IMG/VR virus record: IMGVR_UViG_3300027808_002535
Span: 10,912-74,911 of that record
Length of the DNA: 64,000 bases
Direction: 5' to 3' (one strand)
DNA from: a virus
Lineage: Duplodnaviria; Caudoviricetes
Part shown: positions 1-9,708 of the stretch, in pieces
Layout: every line of letters starts with the position of its first letter
Numbering within the stretch: the first letter of the stretch is position 1
Made by a program: the position numbers and the translations under genes
The notes under the pieces: model-generated
Seen by the model: only the letters and a program-made list of their open reading frames with translations
Told to the model about the DNA's origin: nothing
The model's database searches: none

Positions 1-2
1 CT

Positions 3-830
3 TGGCCTGATTATGTATTGAAAGACTTCTTATATGCACAAGCCAAGGGCATCCGTGACCAAGCAGAGTTAGATGATTTTCTAAAAAGAAATAAACAAGA
101 TTTTGGTAATTGTAAATGGACACTGACTAAACTGCCTATAACATTTGATATCTTTACACCAAAGACTCAGCGTATGCTTGCTAGTCGAGAAGGCGGTAGT
201 TCCAATCCTTTTCAAGTGCCGCGTGATGCTGAAAGACACGCACTACAATCACAAATGATTCAGCAAAAGGGTGTGAGTGCAGAACCAATTATTGTTGCTA
301 AATTATCAAACGGTTATGATTTGATTGAAGGTTGGCATAGAACTATTCAGCATCTAAAAACATTTCCTGAAGGATACACAGGCCCTGCTTGGGTCTGCAC
401 TGGAGCCACATACAAAAGTGAAAGCGTAGAACAAGGTGTGGCAGAAAACTTCGCAGACGGTCGAGTAAAAGGTAAAAGCAGTCCTGGACGTGTAAAACGT
501 AGCGGTGCAAGCTGTGACGGAAGTGTATCTGATCTAAGATCAAAAGCAAAAAATGCAAGTGGTGAACGTGCTAAGATGTATCACTGGTGCGCTAATATGA
601 AAAACGGCAGAGCAGATGAATCTGGGATGTTAGAAGGTTTAAATGCTCTATGGAAAAATATATTAGAAGCGGGCGTATTCAAAGGCTATCCTTGTACCAA
701 GGATTGTAGTGGGCATGCCGCTGGATATAAGTGGTCCGATGACAGAGATATTACAGATCCTAACTTATGTCCCTACAGTAATAACAGTTTCTGGGAAGGC
801 TGTTTAGCTCACACCGATGAACAAGAATAA
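3..830 (+). CDS. Modular putative head-internal protein with a ParB/Srx-like domain, 5' truncated by the window edge
   Basis: Frame is open from the window start (WPDYVLKDFLY). EPIIV...YDLIEGWHR is ParB/Srx-like; short modules follow, joined by EQGVAE and LE linkers. Confidence 0.55.
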   Translation, partial: WPDYVLKDFLYAQAKGIRDQAELDDFLKRNKQDFGNCKWTLTKLPITFDIFTPKTQRMLASREGGSSNPFQVPRDAERHALQSQMIQQKGVSAEPIIVAKLSNGYDLIEGWHRTIQHLKTFPEGYTGPAWVCTGATYKSESVEQGVAENFADGRVKGKSSPGRVKRSGASCDGSVSDLRSKAKNASGERAKMYHWCANMKNGRADESGMLEGLNALWKNILEAGVFKGYPCTKDCSGHAAGYKWSDDRDITDPNLCPYSNNSFWEGCLAHTDEQE

Positions 831-847
831 AGAATAAATATACTATT

Positions 848-2284
848 ATGCGATTATTAGAACTTAAAAATTTATTAGAAGGTCCGAACTTAGCTCCGTC
901 AGAGTTGATTAAACCTAACAGCAGGACAAATGTACCTAGGATAGATATATTTGCCAGGAAAGTCACTGCCGGCGAGCCATTTCCAACAGTAGACGGACGA
1001 TCAGTAATTATTGACAAAACAGAAATTAAACGTATTAGAGATTTAATGGCGCAAGGTCAGTTTGGCGGTAAAACAATTTCAGTTAACACTGATCAAGGGC
1101 CAATATCATTATCCAATCTAAAGAAAACCGGAGAGTTTGGTGCGTTGGCCGGCGATGTTGCAGATAAGATTGGCAATAGAGGTGATATATCTGAGGGTAT
1201 TCTTGGCGCGGCATTATTTGCTAAAATGCGAGCAAGAGTTAATGGAAAAATTAAAACTATCGCTCCTGGTGATATTTGGGGAGTTATTGATAGTTTACAA
1301 TTACAAAAAACTGTTAGAGGTAAAGATAAAGAAGATACCTGGGGTGAATACACTGTTAAAGTAAAAGATGTTAACCAAGCAACTGTTAAAGACAGTATTG
1401 TCTTCACATTAAAATTAAAAGAAGGTCCATTCAAAGAAATTATGGATACTACAAAACGACCTTTATTGAATAAAGAAATTAGTGGCGCTGTAGAGTATGC
1501 AAATAGTGCAGATGCAGAAGAATTTGCTTCTTTCTTTTATTTAAATGGTAAACCTGATATTATTCATGTTATCACTGATGGCTTGAGTGATCAGACAGGT
1601 AAGAAGTCTGACATTGAAGTTGTTGTCACTGATCCTAAAACTGGCAAGCAACACGAACAACGACTTAATATTAGTCTTAAAGCAGGCAGTGATCAAATTG
1701 CACAAGTGGGCGGCGGTACAACTATTGCCGATGATACCAAGGGCAGGACTGCATTTGAAGCTCAAGATGAATTATGGAGTAAATTAGGTATTGATGTTGT
1801 ACCTTTTAAAGAAGAATTTGAATCAATGACTGCAAAATCTAATTACGATTCTTTCATGGGTGCATTTCAATTTATGTACCACGAAGTCACTGATTTGCTA
1901 CGTAGTTTATTAAGCGGCAATTACGACGATGAAGAATATTTATATGTCAGCGATTTTATCAAGGCTATTAATTATTTTGCTACTTTAGGAAATCCTAATA
2001 TTGTGTTAATTAACTTGGAAAAAGGTAGCTACTCTATTTCCAGCTTTGCCAACTTAGAATCACAGTTACAAGATATAGATCTTGATGCAAGATATGTAGA
2101 ACAAGATGAATCAGGATTACCTATTGTAGAAGTATTTGACGCTAACAGCGGACAATTATTCCTAAGAATAAGATCATATCGTAAAAGCAAAGTTTCAAAG
2201 TCTGGCGAAGAGGGTTGGTACTTTAGAAACTACATTGAAACTGGTCCATTATTAAAGCAGTTAACTAGTATTAAGAAAAAATAA
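848..2284 (+). CDS. Hypothetical protein, possible PD-(D/E)xK-fold nuclease
   Basis: 478 aa ORF behind ATAAATA; GDISEG...KSDIEV...NISLKAG resembles a restriction-like active site. Confidence 0.45.
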   Translation: MRLLELKNLLEGPNLAPSELIKPNSRTNVPRIDIFARKVTAGEPFPTVDGRSVIIDKTEIKRIRDLMAQGQFGGKTISVNTDQGPISLSNLKKTGEFGALAGDVADKIGNRGDISEGILGAALFAKMRARVNGKIKTIAPGDIWGVIDSLQLQKTVRGKDKEDTWGEYTVKVKDVNQATVKDSIVFTLKLKEGPFKEIMDTTKRPLLNKEISGAVEYANSADAEEFASFFYLNGKPDIIHVITDGLSDQTGKKSDIEVVVTDPKTGKQHEQRLNISLKAGSDQIAQVGGGTTIADDTKGRTAFEAQDELWSKLGIDVVPFKEEFESMTAKSNYDSFMGAFQFMYHEVTDLLRSLLSGNYDDEEYLYVSDFIKAINYFATLGNPNIVLINLEKGSYSISSFANLESQLQDIDLDARYVEQDESGLPIVEVFDANSGQLFLRIRSYRKSKVSKSGEEGWYFRNYIETGPLLKQLTSIKKK

Positions 2285-2320
2285 TACGTTATATTGACAC
2301 AAATTGGCATAAATAAACAT

Positions 2321-2530
2321 ATGAAAATAAAAGAACTTATCAGCGAAGACGGCAGCGTTGGCGGCATTAGCAGTGGTGCTGTAGCTTCTGCTCCAGCCAG
2401 CAATTTATTTGCTGTGCCCATGAAACGCAACATGGCAATGACTCGCAAGCGTCCTAAAAAGGAAGCTGAAGAATTTAAAACTAAAAAAGATAAGTCTAAT
2501 GTTTTAGAAAATGGAAATAACAATGGATAA
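2321..2530 (+). CDS. Small hypothetical protein (putative head-internal)
   Basis: ATG at 2321 after CATAAATA; starts MKIKELISED. Confidence 0.6.
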   Translation: MKIKELISEDGSVGGISSGAVASAPASNLFAVPMKRNMAMTRKRPKKEAEEFKTKKDKSNVLENGNNNG

Positions 2531-3428
2531 GCAAAGAGCCCGACAACTTTATGAACTAGCAGATCGTTTAAGCAAGTTAGACGTTAATACTCTTTCAGAA
2601 GAACAACATCAACAACGTAATACAATGATTGCCAAGCTACAAGAAGAAGTTAAAACAATTAAAGAGTTTGCTCCTGACGATGGTTCAGGTGGTGAAGAAG
2701 ATACATTACACAAATATGCCAGAATGTGGTATAATGGTAATGAAGCTACACAACAACAAGTTGAAAAAATATTAGACCGTATGGGTTGGGAAATCGGCGA
2801 ATTAGAATCAGAAGAAGGCGGTGCCTTTGTTGTACAATCAGGTGACGAAAATGGTAATAGTTATATTGGCTTTGCAGTCGCTGATTTGTCAGAAGGTATT
2901 ACTGATAATAAAGACTCTGGCGAATATGATCAAGAAGGCGATATGGCTCGACAAGATCTTGCCACTGCCGCTGATGCTGCCAGCGAACTACGCAGTATAT
3001 TAACCAGCGATGAGAACTTGCCAGAATGGGTTCAATCAAAGATTACTAAAGCAGTTGACTATTTAGATACTGTTCGTGATTATATGAAAAGCAAAGATCA
3101 AGATGTAACAGAAGCTTCACAGCGAGTTGATTCACTGGTCACTGACGCATTAAAAATAATGCGTGGTTCATCAATGAATGATGCTGTACTAGCATTAAAA
3201 ACTGTGCTTGGTGATAGAGAATACAATGGCCGTCGCGGTCATTACAATTTCTATGTTAGACAAATCATGGATATGTCGGGTCAGCAAGGTGTGGCGGAAG
3301 CAAAAAGGCCAAGCCCAAAACTTACGCCGGTTAATATTAAAAAATCTGACCAAGTCAGCGAAGAAATAAATACAGAAGCATACGAAAGACTACAAAAGGT
3401 TTTCGCATTTAAGAATTACGAAAGTTAA
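2511..3428 (+). CDS. Acidic modular hypothetical protein (putative head-internal)
   Basis: 305 aa; modules separated by IKE, LSE, VTE, QGVAE and VSE linkers. Confidence 0.65.
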   Translation: MEITMDKQRARQLYELADRLSKLDVNTLSEEQHQQRNTMIAKLQEEVKTIKEFAPDDGSGGEEDTLHKYARMWYNGNEATQQQVEKILDRMGWEIGELESEEGGAFVVQSGDENGNSYIGFAVADLSEGITDNKDSGEYDQEGDMARQDLATAADAASELRSILTSDENLPEWVQSKITKAVDYLDTVRDYMKSKDQDVTEASQRVDSLVTDALKIMRGSSMNDAVLALKTVLGDREYNGRRGHYNFYVRQIMDMSGQQGVAEAKRPSPKLTPVNIKKSDQVSEEINTEAYERLQKVFAFKNYES

Positions 3429-3430
3429 TT

Positions 3431-4930
3431 ATGAAACTATTTGAACTATATCAACAAAATACCCTACAAGGTACAAATAACTTAAAACAGATCTCTGAAG
3501 CTGTTACCAATAAAACAGGTGCAGTTATTACTGTAGGTAACACTCAAGTTAAACTGGGCATTAACAGTGCTAGGTACGTTCTTGGTTTATATGAAACCGC
3601 AGTTGCCAATGGCACCAGCGAACAATTCTTAGAAGGCCTGGCCAATCTAAATCCAACAATGGTCATGGAAAACGATAACACAATGCGTCACATTGTCAGC
3701 AAGTTCAAGCACGAAGTTAAAAACTTCTTAGCTGGACAAGAACTAAGCGATGACTTATATCATGCATTGTTTGATTACTACAGCGACCATGGTGAAATGC
3801 CGTATGGTGTACAAAAAGCTCGAGACGGTGATCCATATGAATGGGTTCACATGCGCTTTGACCGTGACGTTCATGACTATGCTGGCGGCGGCAATCCTGA
3901 TATTCCTGCATTACCAACAGCAACAATGCCCAGTATGCCACGTCAAGAAAGCATGTACGAAGCATCTACTATAAATGGTCGAGTACGAGATCCTAAAGAA
4001 CTAGTTTGGAAACAAACTAGCATGAGCTATGAAGAAGCTGTAGAAAAATATGGTAAAGACAAAGTCAGAAAAGAAGGTAAAAATCGTATAGGCAACGAAG
4101 TAATTGCAGTACATGTTCCGCTGGGGGAAAGCAGTATGTACGAATCTAAAAAAACAAAAATGAAAGAAGGTTGGGACGAGATGATGGCCGGCGTCAAAGC
4201 CAGTGCTGAACAAGAAAAAGGTGCTACTGGTAAGTTTTCTAGATCAAAAAATCCCGATTCAGGCGGAACAGTTTATAGCCGAAAATATAATTCAGACACT
4301 GGTCAAACCATTGAGCCAACTAAAGATCCAGAAGGCAAATCTCCGGTCAAACGTAGCGTAGGCCGTCCCAATGCTGGGGTTACAGGCTCGGATGAAGCAG
4401 GTACTAAATTCGGTGATTATTCTAGCTGGTATCATAAATCTAAACGCACACACGGCGATCGTAAAATTGTTGGCGGTAGAACTGGTGCTATGGCAGTTAC
4501 TGAAAAAGGTAAAAAATATTTAGTAGTCGGTAAGTGGGAAAATGACGAAGGTGTTATGTTTGATAAACCCAGTGAATTGGTTACATTAGATGCATTGAAA
4601 TCTTACAAAAGCGGCAAAGGCCGTCCAAAGAAAGTTCGTGAATGGATTGAAACTCTGCGTTTCGTCTCCGAAGGTGTAGCTGGTCCTAAAAATTGTTGGC
4701 CTGGCCATAGAAAAGTTGGCACACAACCCGGCACAGGCAAGAATGCAGGCAAGCGTGTCAACGACTGCGAAAAGATCGGTGAAGATTTAGACGCTGATCA
4801 AAAGCGTGTAGGACAAGTTGGCGGCGAAGAACGAGCAAAGAAGATTGGCACAGTATTAGGCACAAGTCCCAAGCAACATCCTTTCAAAGGACGTTTAGTA
4901 GGCGAAGATTTAGAAAAGAATAGTAAATAA
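3431..4930 (+). CDS. Modular hypothetical protein (putative head-internal)
   Basis: 499 aa; starts MKLFEL; repeated linkers SMYE twice and GEDL twice. Confidence 0.65.
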   Translation: MKLFELYQQNTLQGTNNLKQISEAVTNKTGAVITVGNTQVKLGINSARYVLGLYETAVANGTSEQFLEGLANLNPTMVMENDNTMRHIVSKFKHEVKNFLAGQELSDDLYHALFDYYSDHGEMPYGVQKARDGDPYEWVHMRFDRDVHDYAGGGNPDIPALPTATMPSMPRQESMYEASTINGRVRDPKELVWKQTSMSYEEAVEKYGKDKVRKEGKNRIGNEVIAVHVPLGESSMYESKKTKMKEGWDEMMAGVKASAEQEKGATGKFSRSKNPDSGGTVYSRKYNSDTGQTIEPTKDPEGKSPVKRSVGRPNAGVTGSDEAGTKFGDYSSWYHKSKRTHGDRKIVGGRTGAMAVTEKGKKYLVVGKWENDEGVMFDKPSELVTLDALKSYKSGKGRPKKVREWIETLRFVSEGVAGPKNCWPGHRKVGTQPGTGKNAGKRVNDCEKIGEDLDADQKRVGQVGGEERAKKIGTVLGTSPKQHPFKGRLVGEDLEKNSK

Positions 4931-4945
4931 ACAGGATAACAAATC

Positions 4946-5386
4946 ATGGATGAATTAGTACAAGCAATGAAAAAGTCACTGGCAGATACATTTGCCTTTT
5001 ATTTAAAAGCACAGGGCTTTCACTGGAACGTTGAAGGTCCTAATTTTCCACAATATCACGCATTGTTTGATACTATATACAACGAAGTCTACGGAAGTAT
5101 AGATCAGTTTGCAGAAGAAATTCGTTCCTTGGATGCTTATGCTCCTGCTAGTTTTGCTCGCTTCAGTGAACTAACTAGTTTAGACGATGAAATACAAATT
5201 CTTAATGCACAAGGTATGTTAGCAAAATTATTAGCAGACAACGATGTTGTATTGTCTAGTCTTGAGCAAGCATATGAATTAGCAGAAGTTGCACACAATC
5301 ATGGACTAAGCAACTTCTTAGCTGAACGTCAAGACGCACATAAAAAACATGCTTGGCAATTAAAAGCAACTCTAAAACAAAGATAA
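4946..5386 (+). CDS. dps: Dps-family DNA-protecting mini-ferritin
   Basis: FHWNVEGPNFPQYHALFD...DQFAEEIRSL...HKKHAWQL is the Dps signature. Confidence 0.92.
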   Translation: MDELVQAMKKSLADTFAFYLKAQGFHWNVEGPNFPQYHALFDTIYNEVYGSIDQFAEEIRSLDAYAPASFARFSELTSLDDEIQILNAQGMLAKLLADNDVVLSSLEQAYELAEVAHNHGLSNFLAERQDAHKKHAWQLKATLKQR

Positions 5387-5632
5387 ATGAATCCTTTAAT
5401 TAAAGAGTTAGTTCGGATAGAACTAACTAAAAACCAAATACTTGCTCTTGACTCTTTTATCACAGATCGAGGTGAGGAAATATTCAAAAACAGTAACTTA
5501 CTCAAAGTCATCAACCGCAGTGACTTTGATGCTGTGCCCAACGAATTGGCAAAATGGGTGGTAGACAACGGAAGACGTCGTCCCGAACTTGCCGAACTTA
5601 GACAAAAAGAAATATCATTATTTACCAAATAA
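5387..5632 (+). CDS. C-terminal lobe of a GH24 phage lysozyme, catalytic part absent
   Basis: LTKNQILALDSF...SNLLKVIN...ELAKWV...LRQKEISLF parallels the GH24 C-terminus; only 81 aa. Confidence 0.6.
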   Translation: MNPLIKELVRIELTKNQILALDSFITDRGEEIFKNSNLLKVINRSDFDAVPNELAKWVVDNGRRRPELAELRQKEISLFTK

Positions 5633-5635
5633 CAC

Positions 5636-5664
5636 TTGACTGATGATGCGTGATACTATATAAT
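5636..5664 (+). promoter_or_regulatory. Sigma70-type promoter
   Basis: TTGACT-N17-TATAAT upstream of an AAGGAG RBS. Confidence 0.75.
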
Positions 5665-5693
5665 AGTATAACACATTTTATTAAGGAGTGTTT

Positions 5694-5951
5694 ATGGAAC
5701 CGCGTATGTTTTCTGGCGATGAAAAAGCCAAAATTAAAAAACTATTTGCTGAAGGCATTCAAGTCTTAAGTGAAGTTAATGCACTCAACGAAGGACTAAC
5801 TGAAACAGTTAAAGCCATCGCCGAAGAACTTGACATGAAGCCCAGCGTACTCAAAAAAGCATTGCGTATTGCTTATAAAAACGAGTTTGCCAAAGAACAA
5901 GATGCATTCACTGAAGTAGAAGAAGTATTGCAAGTTGCAGGTCATCTTTGA
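5694..5951 (+). CDS. T4 DsbA-like double-stranded DNA-binding protein
   Basis: Small helical protein upstream of the polymerase with a KAIAEELDMKPSVLKKALRIAYK pattern. Confidence 0.55.
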   Translation: MEPRMFSGDEKAKIKKLFAEGIQVLSEVNALNEGLTETVKAIAEELDMKPSVLKKALRIAYKNEFAKEQDAFTEVEEVLQVAGHL

Positions 5952-6187
5952 TTAAATTCCTAAAAGAACAAACTTGGCAATTCTGGTTTGAGTGGTTATG
6001 TACCGCCATTCTAATCTGGGGAGTTGCTCTGACCAGTTATAATGTTTATCCACTAAACATTTGGATCAGCGGCTTAGGCAATCTAGGCTGGTTTGTTCTC
6101 GGTATACTATGGCGCAAATGGAGTTTGATTATTGTTCAACTTATAGTTACAATAATCTATGTTGCAGGAATATATAATATACTATGA
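5948..6187 (+). CDS. Small membrane protein
   Basis: 79 aa with about three hydrophobic helices; overlaps both neighbours by 4 bp. Confidence 0.6.
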   Translation: MIKFLKEQTWQFWFEWLCTAILIWGVALTSYNVYPLNIWISGLGNLGWFVLGILWRKWSLIIVQLIVTIIYVAGIYNIL

Positions 6188-8829
6188 GTTATGTTGACGC
6201 AGTTTATGTAAAAGATAAAGACCTTATCAATGTTGTAGAACGAGTTGACGGAGTAAGGAAGTATAAAAGTTTCCCAGCACATTACTTGTTTTACTATCAA
6301 GATAATAAAGGTCAATACACAGGCATTGATGGTAAGAGACTGACCAAGGTTGCTGTAAATAGTAACAAGGCCTTTGATAAAGAAAAACGCATTTATAGTC
6401 ACAAGCAACTTTATGAAAGTGATATCAAACCCGTCAATCGTTGTTTGGAAACAAACTATCTAAACAGTGATGCACCAAAAGTCAACAAGGCATTCTTCGA
6501 CATCGAAGTTGCTTATAATAAGATTAAGGGCTTTGCCGATCCCAGCGATCCTTTTAATCCTATTACTGCTATCTCTGTACACTGTGGCTGGTTGGATAAA
6601 TTAATCACATTGGCGATCAAGCCAGACAAAATGGCACAGGATCAAGCCGAAGCAATCGTTGCTAGATTTGATGACACTATTCTTTGTAGCACTGAAGAAG
6701 AAATGTTAGACATGTTCTTAAGTCTGATTGAAGACGCTGACATTGTCAGTGGTTGGAATAGTGGCGGATATGACATTCCTTACACAGTGAATCGTGTTAT
6801 CAAACTAATGGGCTCTGATCATAGTCGTAGATTTTGTCTATGGAATGCCAAACCTAAAAAGCGTGAATATGAACGCTATGGCAAAATCAGTGCTACATAC
6901 GATCTCATTGGTCGTGTTCATTTAGATTATCTTGACTTATATCGTAAGTTTACATATCATGAACTTCACACATATCGTCTAGACTACGTTGGTGAGATTG
7001 AACTGGGTGAAAATAAAATTCAGTATGAAGGTACACTGGATCAACTGTATAACAATGACTTTGAAAAGTTCATTGCTTATAATAGACAAGATACTATGTT
7101 GTTGTACAAGATGGATGCCAAACTACAATACATTGACTTAGTTAATGTATTGGCACATGCAAATACTGTTACGTTTCTTACAACAATGGGTGCGGTTGCT
7201 ATGACTGACCAAGCTATTATCAATGAAGCTCATGGCCGAGGTGTAATGGTCATGGATCGTAAACGTGGCGATGGAATTGAAACACAGGCGGCAGGTGCTT
7301 ATGTTGCTTATCCAGAGAAAGGCGTTCATGATTGGATTGGCAGTATGGACTTGAACAGTCTGTATCCTTCCCTAATCCGTGCGCTTAACATGAGTCCAGA
7401 AACTATTGTTGGACAAGTACGTCAACAACAAACTAAACCAGAAATTAAAGCATGGCTAGACAGTGGCAACAGCTTTGCTGACTATTGGGACGGCAAGTTT
7501 GCTGTTCACGAGTACAATGAAATTGCCGCCAAGAACAAAGGCTATAACATTGTCATCGACTGGGAGAATGGTACTAGCACAGAACTTAGTGCGGCAGAAG
7601 CATATGACTTAATTTATCTACAAGGCAAGCCCTGGATGTTAACTGCCAATGGCACAATCTTCACTTATGAGAACCAAGGCGTTATTCCTGGCTTGCTGAC
7701 TCGCTGGTATGCCGAACGTAAAGAGCTACAAGCCAAAGCCAAAGAAGCATATGGCACTGACATGTTTGAGTACTGGGACAAGCGACAGTTAGTTAAGAAA
7801 ATTAATTTGAACTCGTTGTATGGCGCTTTGCTCAATGCTGGTAGTAGGTTCTTTGATCTTCGCCTTGGTCAAAGTACAACGCTATTGGGTCGTAGTGTTG
7901 CTCGTCATATGGCAGCACAAGTTAATAATGTGTTCACAGGTGAGTATGATCACAAAGGTAAAACTATTATCTATGGTGACACTGACAGTTGTTACTTTAG
8001 TGCTTATCCGGTTTACAAAGGACAGATTGACCGAGGTGAAGTAGATTGGACTCGCGATAAAATCATCGAGCTCTATGATATGGTTGCTGATGAAGTTAAT
8101 GCTACCTTCCCATTGTTTATGAATACAGCATTTAACTGTCCAACTAATTTGGGTGAGATTATTAAAGCTGGTCGAGAAGTAGTTGCCAGTAAAGGCTTGT
8201 TTATTACTAAAAAGCGTTATGCTGTTCTTATCTACGACAAAGAAGGTAAACGTAAAGACATTGATGGAAGTCTTGGTGAGATCAAGGCCATGGGTCTTGA
8301 TTTGAAGCGAGCAGATACTCCAGAGTTCATGCAACGTTTCTTGGAAAAGATTTTACTAATGGTTCTTAATGGTCAGGACAAGCAAGACGTTATTGATGCC
8401 ATCAATGAATTTAGAACGGCATTTAAAGAGCGACCAGGTTGGGAGAAAGGTACTCCTAAGCGTGTTAACAACTTGACCAAACATACTGAAGTCTTTGAGA
8501 AGACTGGCAAGTGCGGAGTTGGACATGCTATGGCGGCTATCAATTGGAATAGGTTTAAGAAAGCACACGGTGACCAAGCAAGTTTGGATGTTACGGATGG
8601 TATGAAAGTTATTGTCTGTAAACTAAAATCCAATCCAATGGGTATCACAAGTATTGCACATCCAATTGACGAAATGAGATTGCCAGAATGGTTCAAGGAC
8701 ATGCCTTTTGACCATGGTGCGATGGAAGAAACAATCATCAACAATAAAGTAGAAAACTTAATTGGTGTTCTTGATTGGGATATTCGAGCAAGTGATCAAA
8801 CAAACACCTTTGAAAGTTTGTTTGCGTAA
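6184..8829 (+). CDS. Family B DNA polymerase (T4 gp43-like)
   Basis: Exonuclease motifs FFDIE, GWNSGGYDIPY and YNRQD; polymerase motifs DLNSLYPS, KKINLNSLYG and YGDTDS. Confidence 0.97.
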   Translation: MSYVDAVYVKDKDLINVVERVDGVRKYKSFPAHYLFYYQDNKGQYTGIDGKRLTKVAVNSNKAFDKEKRIYSHKQLYESDIKPVNRCLETNYLNSDAPKVNKAFFDIEVAYNKIKGFADPSDPFNPITAISVHCGWLDKLITLAIKPDKMAQDQAEAIVARFDDTILCSTEEEMLDMFLSLIEDADIVSGWNSGGYDIPYTVNRVIKLMGSDHSRRFCLWNAKPKKREYERYGKISATYDLIGRVHLDYLDLYRKFTYHELHTYRLDYVGEIELGENKIQYEGTLDQLYNNDFEKFIAYNRQDTMLLYKMDAKLQYIDLVNVLAHANTVTFLTTMGAVAMTDQAIINEAHGRGVMVMDRKRGDGIETQAAGAYVAYPEKGVHDWIGSMDLNSLYPSLIRALNMSPETIVGQVRQQQTKPEIKAWLDSGNSFADYWDGKFAVHEYNEIAAKNKGYNIVIDWENGTSTELSAAEAYDLIYLQGKPWMLTANGTIFTYENQGVIPGLLTRWYAERKELQAKAKEAYGTDMFEYWDKRQLVKKINLNSLYGALLNAGSRFFDLRLGQSTTLLGRSVARHMAAQVNNVFTGEYDHKGKTIIYGDTDSCYFSAYPVYKGQIDRGEVDWTRDKIIELYDMVADEVNATFPLFMNTAFNCPTNLGEIIKAGREVVASKGLFITKKRYAVLIYDKEGKRKDIDGSLGEIKAMGLDLKRADTPEFMQRFLEKILLMVLNGQDKQDVIDAINEFRTAFKERPGWEKGTPKRVNNLTKHTEVFEKTGKCGVGHAMAAINWNRFKKAHGDQASLDVTDGMKVIVCKLKSNPMGITSIAHPIDEMRLPEWFKDMPFDHGAMEETIINNKVENLIGVLDWDIRASDQTNTFESLFA

Positions 8830-8914
8830 CTAAATAGAATACACGATATGCTTGGTGCATGTCGTATCAAAGGTCAACTTAATCATGTTTTGGTAACATG
8901 GATAGTTATAACAG

Positions 8915-8943
8915 TTGACATACTAACCTAAATACGCTATACT
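8915..8943 (+). promoter_or_regulatory. Sigma70 promoter with an embedded CTAAATA late-like element
   Basis: TTGACA-tactaaCCTAAATAcgc-TATACT; AGGAG RBS at 8951. Confidence 0.7.
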
Positions 8944-8961
8944 AGCGTATAGGAGAAAATA

Positions 8962-9699
8962 ATGAAAGACGCAATTTTTGATATCGTGCGACACACAGCC
9001 AGCCTCGGCTTTTTTGACTTGGCAAAGATCACAGGCACTGATACTAGCACAGAAATATGGACCTGTGACGAAAAACGCAACGTGGTCCTAGAAGCTGAAT
9101 TAAAGAATCCAGTGGCACCGTTAATCGGTGAAGTTGGTTTAGGTAACTTGAGTTTCTTAAATGGTCTCACTGGACTTTACAATAAAGAAGGCGTTGAAGT
9201 CGAAGTATCTACAGTAAGTAAAAATGGTGCAGATGTTCCAGATTACTTTATCTTTAAAGATGCTGATGGCAACAATGACAAGTATCGTTTAATGAGTAAA
9301 GAGATCATTGACACACAACTGCAACAAAGCAAGTTTAAAGGTGTTAAGTGGGATATTAGCTTTGAACCTAAGAAAAGTAAAGTAAGTGAAATGGCACAGA
9401 AGGCAGGCATCTATTCTGCACTAGAGCCAACGTTTACAGTAAAGACAGAGAACAACGAACTTGTTCTTATCTTTGGTAGCGACACAGGCGGCAGTCACTT
9501 TGGACGTATGACCTTTGCTGCCAATGTAACAGGCACAATGAAAGAAGGCTACGCTTGGCCCATTGACAAGTTTTTGAGTATTCTTAAACTTGGCATGAGC
9601 GGCGAATGTAAAGTACAATTCTGTCAAGTGGCTTGTATGATTACCATCGACAGCGGCACTGGTGTTTATAACTACATCTTGCCAGGTCATACTCGTTAA
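8962..9699 (+). CDS. DNA polymerase sliding clamp (gp45/PCNA-like)
   Basis: 245 aa beta-rich protein just after the polymerase, ending YNYILP like clamps. Confidence 0.7.
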   Translation: MKDAIFDIVRHTASLGFFDLAKITGTDTSTEIWTCDEKRNVVLEAELKNPVAPLIGEVGLGNLSFLNGLTGLYNKEGVEVEVSTVSKNGADVPDYFIFKDADGNNDKYRLMSKEIIDTQLQQSKFKGVKWDISFEPKKSKVSEMAQKAGIYSALEPTFTVKTENNELVLIFGSDTGGSHFGRMTFAANVTGTMKEGYAWPIDKFLSILKLGMSGECKVQFCQVACMITIDSGTGVYNYILPGHTR

Positions 9700-9708
9700 G
9701 GAAATAAT

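Noticed and set aside
6184-8829. Intein or intron in the DNA polymerase (also checked thyX)
   Set aside because: Lengths and motif spacing are normal; no splice-junction or homing endonuclease motifs seen
8830-8960. tRNA or other known structured RNA in intergenic gaps
   Set aside because: No cloverleaf or T-loop GTTCRA context found by eye here or in other gaps; a covariance search was not run
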